Below, in pieces: positions 19,578 to 27,036 of a stretch of DNA of 49,592 nucleotides. Position 1 is the stretch's first letter; every line of letters starts with the position of its first letter. Below the pieces are notes generated by a model. The model was given only the letters and a program-made list of their open reading frames with translations. It had not been told where the DNA came from and did not search any database. The position numbers were made by a program, and so were the translations under genes. The stretch covers positions 1-49,592 of the forward strand of contig JAGGVK010000018.1 in NCBI GenBank assembly GCA_021158045.1, in the 5' to 3' direction. This DNA comes from a bacterium (GTDB lineage Bacteria > Patescibacteriota > Minisyncoccia > Minisyncoccales > CG1-02-41-26).

Positions 19578-21182
19578 TCAGACTTTACCAAAGACCTCAC
19601 CGGCTTCCTCCGAGTTCAGCTCCGAGACCAGAACAATCTCATCGCTGAACTCTTTTGCTGCCGCACGACTCGAGCTACCAACGTCAACAAGAACTGTCAC
19701 TACTTGAACTTCTTCTTTCCTCTTGAATTCCTGAAACTGCTCTCGAAACGAATCCGACACCGCGCATTCCCCATCGGTCACAAAACAGATATCAGCCCGC
19801 GGTAACTTTCCGGACTCCACAATTTCTTGTGCTTTCCCGAGTGGTTTTTCAAAATCCGTACCGCCACCCAGAAAGAATTCTGCCATCTGAATCAGTTTCT
19901 TGTAATTCGCTTCTCCTGTGCGAATCCAAAACTCCTTTATCGGGTCATCTCTGCTTCCGAACATCAGGTAGACGAAGTCGCGTCGTTTTGACTTGGAAAC
20001 TTGCCACAATCCAAGTGCCACCGCTTTCGCCCAAATCTCTTTCGCGCCTTCCATTGAGCCAGAATTATCAATTCCTACGATAATCGGTCCCTCACCCAGT
20101 TTCTCCTTCCGCTCCACTTCGTATTGCAACAACTGCTGATTAGCGAATTTCCGCAAGAATTCCATTTTCAGTACAGGATGAGCTAAGAATTGCATTTCTG
20201 AAGGAATAACCTTATCCAAGTCATTTCCCCGACGAACATTGACTACCATTCCAGCTGGAGCTTGGATTTTCTCTTTCTGTCGCGCAATTGCGAGCCGTCT
20301 GAACTTCCCTAAGAGTTTGGAAATCTGTTTTAGTTTTGAAGACGATTCCAGTTTCTTTTTCAATTCCAGTTTCTGTTCATAATCCAGTTTCTGTATTTCA
20401 CCCGGTTCTACTCCCCAGGATTCCAACATTTCACTCGTTTCCTTCGCATTCTCCGCTGCTTCTTTTGCTGCTTTCCGCATTCCTCTCCGGAACTGTTCCG
20501 AATTCTGCTGTAAGTCCTGTTCCAGTCCATCTGCCATCTGTTCCAACTGCTGTTTTGCCTCATCAAGCGTCATTTGGGCTTGAGAGGTCTGTTGTCCGAG
20601 AGAATTCGCCTGCTGTTGCATCTGTTGTGCCTGTTGCTGCAGCTGTTGAGCTTGAGTTCCAGTTGCAGTCTGCGCCTGTTGTTGTAAGTCATCTGCCTGT
20701 CCCTGCGCTGCTTCTGCTTGCTGTTGCAAATCCTGTGTCTGCTGCTGCAACTGCTGGCTCTTCTGCTCTTGTTGCTGTAGCTGCTGAATTTTCTGTTTTG
20801 TCTCTTCTGGAATCAGTTCCAACGCTACTGGTCCGAGGGTAAGAGTTGCCATCGCAGAACCAAATTCGTCCAGTTCAGTATACTGCCGTAACTCTGGATA
20901 CTGCTTCGTGGCCAATAACTTTTCCATCAGCATCCGATTAACCCGTCGCGAAGGAACCACTGCCCCTGCTTTCCGCAGTTGGGGATCCGCTTTGTAGAGC
21001 GCTGAGTAGATATCTTGTATCAAATCCGAAAATACCGGTAGAGTTTGAATTCCATTTCGTTCCATTTCCACCAACTTTTCCGACTTCTGTTTCAACTGGG
21101 AAAATGCTGCCCGATCATATCTGTCACAGCGGATTGCCCAAGGGAATTGCTGGATTTCTTCCTCTCTTCTTTTCATTTTCAT
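19578..21182 (-). CDS. vWA-domain protein (ViaA/CoxE-like) with Gln-rich coiled coil
   Basis: MIDAS DNSGSM, GGGTDF, VTDG; long Q-rich tract. Confidence 0.9.
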   Translation of the reverse strand: MKMKRREEEIQQFPWAIRCDRYDRAAFSQLKQKSEKLVEMERNGIQTLPVFSDLIQDIYSALYKADPQLRKAGAVVPSRRVNRMLMEKLLATKQYPELRQYTELDEFGSAMATLTLGPVALELIPEETKQKIQQLQQQEQKSQQLQQQTQDLQQQAEAAQGQADDLQQQAQTATGTQAQQLQQQAQQMQQQANSLGQQTSQAQMTLDEAKQQLEQMADGLEQDLQQNSEQFRRGMRKAAKEAAENAKETSEMLESWGVEPGEIQKLDYEQKLELKKKLESSSKLKQISKLLGKFRRLAIARQKEKIQAPAGMVVNVRRGNDLDKVIPSEMQFLAHPVLKMEFLRKFANQQLLQYEVERKEKLGEGPIIVGIDNSGSMEGAKEIWAKAVALGLWQVSKSKRRDFVYLMFGSRDDPIKEFWIRTGEANYKKLIQMAEFFLGGGTDFEKPLGKAQEIVESGKLPRADICFVTDGECAVSDSFREQFQEFKRKEEVQVVTVLVDVGSSSRAAAKEFSDEIVLVSELNSEEAGEVFGKV

Positions 21183-21194
21183 CTTCCGCCTCCT

Positions 21195-22364
21195 TTAGAG
21201 TTCAATCCCAAGGCATTCTTTAACCACATCCCGGAGGTACCGTTCCACCGCATCCTTCACATCCTCAATTTTCCCAGTAGGTGCACCAGCCCGCTTCGCC
21301 TCATCCAGAAGATTTACCACATTCGTTCGGATGTTTTTGAGTTTTGCATTTGCCTCAGTTCCTAATTTGGATTTTCTGCTCTCATCCTGTTCACCGAGTG
21401 CCTCATCACGGATTTCCGTTGCTGTATCCAGAAGTTCTTGAGCCCGAAGTGCTAAAGGATTTGCCACCTCCAATACGACATCCCTGACTTTCCGAATATC
21501 CTTTTGCTCATCCCACAAGCAGTGCTGAAGCATCAGCAGGTCTTCCTCTTCCACTTTCTGCCTGTCTTCCAGTAACGCGTGCGCTTGCAATACTAGGTTC
21601 AGTCGGACATCCCTACGGCCATAGACAACAATCCCTTGGTCATAGAGTTTTTCAATAATTTCCTCTACTTTTTCGTCTATGGTTTCCGGGACTTCAACTT
21701 CCACCACCTGCTGTTGCAACTGTTGGAGTTCTGTAAGAGAAATTTTGGGAGCATCGAACTTTCCTTTCGGATCGCCTTTCCTCCGCAGATACGATAACTG
21801 CCTCATCCGAATCCTTTCGGACTTTTCCTTTATCCGTCCTACTACGAATCGGAACATAAACCGGTCGTAGAACGCCTCCAAATCTTCTTCTGGAGCATTG
21901 TTCGTTGCCCCGAAAAGAGAAATTAGAGGGCAGTCCAGTTGGCGTCCTTTTAGTGTCCATTTCCGTTCGTTAATCAACAGCAATAAAGCGTTCAAGGTAG
22001 CCGGATTGCAACGGAAGATTTCCTCCAATACGGCAATGTGTGCCTGCTGGAGCATTCCTTCGCCGCGTGGAGTAATCTCAATCCTTTTTCTGCCGTCACC
22101 GAGATCCTGTTCAACATAGTCCCTATCCGAAACGAACAAGTCATCTGGAACAGTGTCCTGTGCGAGTAGGTGTTTGAAGTAGGTCACTCCATCCAAGGTC
22201 CGGCACAGCAGCTCTATCAACATACTTTTCGCTTCCCCCGGAGGGCCAAATAATATGCCGTGCTGCTTTGACAGCAAAGCACATATTAGCCCCCGGATGA
22301 CTTCCTTTCTTCCTACCAAGAGACGGTTCAGTTCCGTCTCTATTCTCTTCATTTTTTCAATCAT
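21195..22364 (-). CDS. MoxR/RavA-family AAA+ ATPase (ATG at 22364 after the SD)
   Basis: GPPGEAKS Walker A, AVLEEIFR Walker B variant, LNALL..INE, GATN, AFYDRF. Confidence 0.92.
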   Translation of the reverse strand: MIEKMKRIETELNRLLVGRKEVIRGLICALLSKQHGILFGPPGEAKSMLIELLCRTLDGVTYFKHLLAQDTVPDDLFVSDRDYVEQDLGDGRKRIEITPRGEGMLQQAHIAVLEEIFRCNPATLNALLLLINERKWTLKGRQLDCPLISLFGATNNAPEEDLEAFYDRFMFRFVVGRIKEKSERIRMRQLSYLRRKGDPKGKFDAPKISLTELQQLQQQVVEVEVPETIDEKVEEIIEKLYDQGIVVYGRRDVRLNLVLQAHALLEDRQKVEEEDLLMLQHCLWDEQKDIRKVRDVVLEVANPLALRAQELLDTATEIRDEALGEQDESRKSKLGTEANAKLKNIRTNVVNLLDEAKRAGAPTGKIEDVKDAVERYLRDVVKECLGIEL

Positions 22365-22376
22365 TCTTTCCTCCTT

Positions 22377-22545
22377 TCCGGCATCTTTCATCTTTGCCGG
22401 TTCTCATTTTTTTAAGGTTCCTCTCTGATAACCCAGAGAGAATACTGAGGGCAAAATTTTCGTCCCCAATATTCTCCCAAGGTTTCTTATAAAAAAGAGA
22501 AGAGAGTAGGAGTAGAGTTGCATTGCCCCTACCCTCTTTTTTCGG
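22377..22545 (-). promoter_or_regulatory. Intergenic structured RNA module 3
   Basis: Purine/pyrimidine hairpin with TGCAAC loop, long hairpin, overlapping short hairpin, GGAACCTTAAAAA (22409-22421), hairpin before the SD. Confidence 0.65.
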
Positions 22546-22547
22546 TA

Positions 22548-22865
22548 CTAATCGATTAAGTCACCGGGGCGGTACTTATCGCCGTGAGAAACGGCGACAA
22601 CATACCTTCCCAGTTTGGGGTCAAACACCGCCACCACCTCGTAGAGGTGGACCACCGCGTGCCCAATCGCGATGGCAACTGGGAGACTCGCCGGCCCGTT
22701 TATCTTAATCAGGGAGCCGCCGGCAAGCTCACCTGATTTGACCATCTCGTCCAGACGCGCAACCGCGTCACGGACGATTTGGTCATTTTGAGCCGGGTCG
22801 CCAAACCCGACCCTCAACACATCGCCCTCTTCGAGGGTAATGTGATAAGTTTTTTCTTTAGCCAT
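22548..22865 (-). CDS. csx3: Csx3 (Crn3) family protein, putative cyclic-oligoadenylate ring nuclease
   Basis: KINGPASLPVA..GH...H...VAVFDPKLG.YVVAVSH....GDLI matches the Csx3 pattern (SGRxP...H..H...AVYDPRLG.VVV.SH...GD.I); SD-supported ATG at 22865. Confidence 0.85.
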   Translation of the reverse strand: MAKEKTYHITLEEGDVLRVGFGDPAQNDQIVRDAVARLDEMVKSGELAGGSLIKINGPASLPVAIAIGHAVVHLYEVVAVFDPKLGRYVVAVSHGDKYRPGDLID

Positions 22866-22992
22866 TTTTACCCTCCTTATGTTCACCCAGAATAAAATGG
22901 CAAATTCTGGACTAAGGGATTGTTAGTTTAAGCCTCTTTTTCAGCCCCCTATGGTTTATTTTTACATCGTCTCCAATCGACGATGGGCAAAA

Positions 22993-23586
22993 TTACTTTT
23001 CCTCGGCGGTTGCCATCCGCACGAGGAATTGGGCAAGTGCGACCACACAGGGTCGCTGGCTCACATCCTCACCTCTTTCAAGGTAATGGATGGAGCCTCT
23101 AAAGATACCGTCCTTGCCCACACCATGAACGGTATCTTCCTGGCCATGATAATCGCTGAAAATTTCAGCGATTATCTTTAACCCGAGTTCTGAACAAAAC
23201 GCTCTCCACTCGGGTACCTTATCCATGTCACCAGCCAGGATGATGGCATGGGTGGCGGTTTTGCAAATTTTTTTATTTTCCACTGATGGAATACCGCCAA
23301 TATCCACCAGAGTGAGCGGGAGTTGACAGTTGACGACTGAGTCTGCCACCCGCTTGACAAACTCAGGAGAAAACCCACTTAAGGAGGCCTTATATTCCTC
23401 CTTTAAGCGGCGGGCTTCCTCGGGCGACCGGTTTGCAGTCTCTTGAAACCAGGCGCCCTCGCCGTCCGGGCACGCCGTAATTACGTAGGGATACGGCGCC
23501 CCCGGAATTCTTTTGATTGCCTGCTTCAATCCCTCTCGCAGGCAACTCTTCCCGCTACGTGGCGGGCCACAGAGCACAATTTTCAT
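22993..23586 (-). CDS. P-loop NTPase of the type fused or adjacent to Csx3
   Basis: GPPRSGKS, ACPDGEGAWFQE, LVDIGG; the PDGEG.W motif is characteristic of the ATPase part of cyanobacterial Csx3-AAA proteins. Confidence 0.78.
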   Translation of the reverse strand: MKIVLCGPPRSGKSCLREGLKQAIKRIPGAPYPYVITACPDGEGAWFQETANRSPEEARRLKEEYKASLSGFSPEFVKRVADSVVNCQLPLTLVDIGGIPSVENKKICKTATHAIILAGDMDKVPEWRAFCSELGLKIIAEIFSDYHGQEDTVHGVGKDGIFRGSIHYLERGEDVSQRPCVVALAQFLVRMATAEEK

Positions 23587-23599
23587 TGTGCTCTCACCT

Positions 23600-24100
23600 C
23601 CTTTGCCCGCCTGCGCGGGCTTTTTTTATTCTCCTTTTTTTTAGCAAGGAGTGCACCGTGCACTTTCAACCAATCGCTTACTTTTGGACAGCAAGTGTTG
23701 GCTGGCGCGTCCGCCAATGAAAGTGCACGGGCGCACTCATTACTAAGGTTGAGAGAGGTGGAGGCAACCGAAACTGACCTTCCATCTCCTCGATGTGATA
23801 GGTTAACCTCAGTTGTATCTCACTTTTTACCCCTGATTGTCACAAAACCTGTATTTTAAAGAGCTAATTCTCTCCTCTTGGGAGAAGGATAGAGAAGAAC
23901 ATTTTTATCTGTTTGATGTAGATGATTGTTTGGCTGGCTAACAAACAGTCAGGATAGCCTAATTCGAGCCTTATTCTCCCTCCTCTATCCTTCTCCCCTG
24001 AACCAATCTTTGCTCTAGTTCAGCAGGAGGAAGAGGTTATTTATATTGTTAAAAGGGCTAAATAATAGGCGACTCTCAGAGAGAGTCGCCTATTGCAGCA
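23600..24100 (-). ncRNA. ~500-nt highly structured leader / candidate ncRNA with two boxA-like sites
   Basis: Stems 23649-23668/23718-23738, 23880-23894/23983-23997 and 24064-24094; GCTCTTTAAAA (23854-23864); GCCCTTTTAACAA (24046-24058). Confidence 0.6.
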
Positions 24101-24142
24101 TTTCTACAATTTCGCTCTCTCCTCGAAACTTGATAATATTTA

Positions 24143-24302
24143 ATTGTAGTATATTTTCGGGATTTTGTCAAGGTATTCTCTATATGTCTGTCCTTTTTCT
24201 AAGTACCTCTATTATAATACATTCAAATTTCCTTGTCAATAGTTTATTTTTATTTCTCTTCTAAAGCACTCTGATTATAGCATATTTAATTTTGTTTGTC
24301 AA
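24143..24302 (-). promoter_or_regulatory. Three tandem sigma70 promoters
   Basis: TTGACA-17-TACAAT (24143-24171), TTGACA-17-TATAAT (24211-24239), TTGACA-17-TATAAT with extended TG (24274-24302). Confidence 0.88.
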
Positions 24303-24539
24303 TAGTTCCTGCCTATTACTTTTTCATTTTTCTTACCTGTCTATTTTCCCAATCTTTCTCTCAAGAGACTCTTTAAAAGAATTTGATAGATTCTTAGAAG
24401 TAATAGAATAGAGAGCAAGTAATTCTTCTTACTCAAAACTAAAATAAACGGCTGATGACAGTTAGTTGTTGCTCAGTCTTGATTAGGCTTATTTGGCAAT
24501 TTTGGACTGTCCTTAGGAGGGAAAGTTGATTGTATATAT

Positions 24540-24571
24540 AAAAAACCGCTTGTTGAGCGCAAACAAGCGGT
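24540..24571 (-). terminator. Intrinsic terminator
   Basis: Minus strand accgcttgtt-tgcgctc-aacaagcggt followed by a T run. Confidence 0.75.
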
Positions 24572-24584
24572 AATGAATTTTCTG

Positions 24585-24776
24585 CTACTTTTCTGCTGCT
24601 TCTATAGAAGCAGCAGAAAAAATTACAAATAAAATTACTATAGCAGCCCCCATACCGAGAACTGTCTTCCAGGCCATCGGCATTGTGCTGTTTCTTAACA
24701 GCACAAGGCCACAACCTGTACTGTATCCTATCCCCAAGATTACTACCCTGAGGATAATTCTTTTTAAAAAGCTCAT
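24585..24776 (-). CDS. 63-aa two-TM small membrane protein
   Basis: SD aaaggaggtg, promoter TTGACA-18-TATAAT (24801-24830), terminator downstream. Confidence 0.7.
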   Translation of the reverse strand: MSFLKRIILRVVILGIGYSTGCGLVLLRNSTMPMAWKTVLGMGAAIVILFVIFSAASIEAAEK

Positions 24777-24874
24777 TTTTCCCACCTCCTTTCGTTCTTC
24801 ATTATAGCATGTTTATAATATTCTTGTCAAGAGGCTGGTTCTTTCATTTTAAGACATAGAGTATATAACCAATG

Positions 24875-25550
24875 ACCAAAATCTCAAATCTCAAATCTCA
24901 AATCTCAAAATGACATCTCAAAATGCAAAATTAGAAAATTCAAAATGCAAATTTAGAAAAGCAAAATCTCAAATCTCAAAATGACCCTGAAGCAGAACAA
25001 GTTCGCTACAGGGCAGGCAGTATTGCTTACCCTGGGTAAGCAATAGGAATCTCAAACCTCAAATCTCAAATCTCAAAATGACAATTCAAAGTTCAAAATT
25101 TCTTTTAATTTTAGATTTTAGATTGTTATTTTTCATTTTTCACTTTTCATTTTTAATTTTTCATTGCCTTGCGAGGAGTCCTGCTGAAGGCGGGACGACG
25201 CGGCAATCTCAGGATTGCAGTAATAGGAGGAAGGGATTGCTTCGTCAGTCGCTTCGCTCCTTCCTCGCAATGACAGGGGAATGGAATCGTTTCACTCAGG
25301 ATGACAGTGAGGATAAAATAAAAAAGACAAGGACTTTTTAAATGACGAAACCCGAATGACGAATGACGAAAAAATGTTATCAACGAGACCCGGACTCGTT
25401 GTCGTTCTGAGCCGTTAGGCGAAGAATCCCAGCCAAAATGCAAATCTCAAATCTCAAATCTCAAAATGACAATTCAAAGTTCAAAATTTCTTTTAATTTT
25501 AGATTTTAGATTGTTATTTTTCATTTTTCACTTTTCATTTTTCATTTTTT
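24875..25550. repeat. Mosaic repeat cluster D (right flank of island)
   Basis: All repeat modules present, plus tattgcttaccctgggtaagcaata palindrome and (aatgacg)n units. Confidence 0.9.
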
Positions 25551-25552
25551 TG

Positions 25553-26077
25553 CTACCTTACGAAAAGTCCTGCTCTCTTAGAGGGCTTTATTGAGTTTGA
25601 GCAATATATAGCAATTGCTAAAGCGTCGGCAGCATCGTCAGGTTTAGGAATTTTATCTAAATCCAACAAATCTTTTATCATCTTTTGTATTTGTTGCTTT
25701 TCTGCTCTCCCGTAACCGCAAATGCCCATTTTAACTTCAAGAGGCGTGAATTGTTGGATTTTAATTTTTTTTCTTGCTGCTGCCAGAAGAATTACACCTC
25801 GGGCTTCGCTTACTGGCATAGCTGTTTTTAAGTTTTTGAAGAAATAAAGCTTTTCAATTGCCATTACTTTTGGTTTGTACTTTCTTAATAGCTTTAAAAT
25901 TTCAAAGTGCAGTTTCTTTAACCTTTCTTCTGGTTTTAAAGAAGGATTAGTTTTAATAACGCCGTATCCTAAACACTCCAGTGAATTTTTTTCGCTTTTT
26001 GTTTTTCTTTTTTTAATCTTTCTTATTACGCCAAATCCAGTAGTGGCTGTGCCTGGGTCAATACCTAAAATGGTCAT
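25553..26077 (-). CDS. ruvC: Holliday junction resolvase RuvC
   Basis: ILGIDPG...TGFGVI, AIEKLYF, EARGV, DDAADALA. Confidence 0.97.
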   Translation of the reverse strand: MTILGIDPGTATTGFGVIRKIKKRKTKSEKNSLECLGYGVIKTNPSLKPEERLKKLHFEILKLLRKYKPKVMAIEKLYFFKNLKTAMPVSEARGVILLAAARKKIKIQQFTPLEVKMGICGYGRAEKQQIQKMIKDLLDLDKIPKPDDAADALAIAIYCSNSIKPSKRAGLFVR

Positions 26078-26118
26078 AATTTAGTTAAGAGTTGCAGTGG
26101 GAACTGGGAATTTTCAAT

Positions 26119-26853
26119 TCAACTTACCAAGTTTGAGTAAATGTCTTGAACAGCGTCATTTTCATCAAGTTCCTCAAAGAGTTTTTCTAAGCTGATTTTG
26201 TCTTTTTCCGATACCTCAATTTCTTGGTTCGGAACCCAATCTAAAGAGGCTGATTTAATTTTTATGCCTTGAGATTTAAGATTTTCTTTAACTTTCTCTA
26301 ATTCTTCTGGTTTTGTGTAAACATCTAAAAGATTGCTATTTTTCTGCTGCCAAATATCTTCAGCTCCTGCTTCAATTGCTTTTAATTCTAAATCTTCTTT
26401 ACTTTTTTCAGGATTTTCGCCAGAGAATTCAATGGTAATAACTCCCTTTCTCTTAAATTGCCATTTAAGGGAACCTGACTGGGTAAGTTTTCCACCGTGC
26501 TTTTGCAATATCTGTTTTATTTCTAACAAGGTGCGGTTTTTGTTGTCGGTTATGGCTTCAATAATAATGGCTACTCCTCCTGGTCCTAAAGCTTCATAAC
26601 TTGCCTCTGTTAGTTTTTTTCCTTCAATTTCTCCTGTTCCTCTCTTAATTGCTTTTTCAATATTATCTTTTGGCAAATTAAAACTTTTAGCTTCTTCTAA
26701 AGCTTGCCTAAGTTTTGGGTTTGTGTCAGGATTTGCTCCTTCTTTTGCCGCAATTGTGATTTGGCGAGCAAGTTTGGAAAATATTTTGCCTCTTTTTTGG
26801 TCCTCTAAGGACTTTTTGTGCTTAATGCCTGCCCAATGCGAATGTCCGCTCAT
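26119..26853 (-). CDS. yebC: YebC/PmpR family protein
   Basis: MSGHSHWAGIKHKK, YEALGPGG, TDNKNRT, DAVQDIYSN. Confidence 0.96.
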   Translation of the reverse strand: MSGHSHWAGIKHKKSLEDQKRGKIFSKLARQITIAAKEGANPDTNPKLRQALEEAKSFNLPKDNIEKAIKRGTGEIEGKKLTEASYEALGPGGVAIIIEAITDNKNRTLLEIKQILQKHGGKLTQSGSLKWQFKRKGVITIEFSGENPEKSKEDLELKAIEAGAEDIWQQKNSNLLDVYTKPEELEKVKENLKSQGIKIKSASLDWVPNQEIEVSEKDKISLEKLFEELDENDAVQDIYSNLVS

Positions 26854-27036
26854 AGGTTTAAATAGAATTAAAAATTAAAAACTAAAAACTAAAAGTATAA
26901 AATAAAGTTTTTGTTTTGGTTTTCATTTTTTGAATTAAATACCTGTTATTACACCTTAGCCTAAAAGTTTTTTAAAATCAATATTGGTTTAATATTGGTT
27001 CAATGAAGTTGGGTTTATTTTTAGCAGATTCTCTCC

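Larger units (their letters stand above)
15450..24830 (-). mobile_element. GC-richer horizontally acquired island; no integrase or transposase visible
   Basis: Visibly higher GC, all genes on the minus strand, AGGAGG SD before every gene, own promoters, flanked by repeat clusters. Confidence 0.7.

Noticed and set aside
15900..22545. Integron attC cassette array
   Set aside because: No RYYYAAC/GTTRRRY ends recognised and no IntI; the UUCG loop and boxA point to RNA-level function
23443..23859. 138-aa + strand ORF and other antisense ORFs in the island
   Set aside because: Shadow ORFs opposite SD-supported genes or the structured leader; no start signals
15450..24830. CRISPR-Cas locus, suggested by Csx3
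   Set aside because: No repeat-spacer array and no cas1, cas10, csm/cmr or effector gene in the window
15450..24830. Prophage or ICE
   Set aside because: No integrase, terminase, capsid, relaxase or T4SS genes and no att pair identified; only the regulatory layout is phage-like
25078..25443. ORFs 25078-25341 and 25153-25443 (also 8114-8359)
   Set aside because: Translations of repeat modules, not credible proteins
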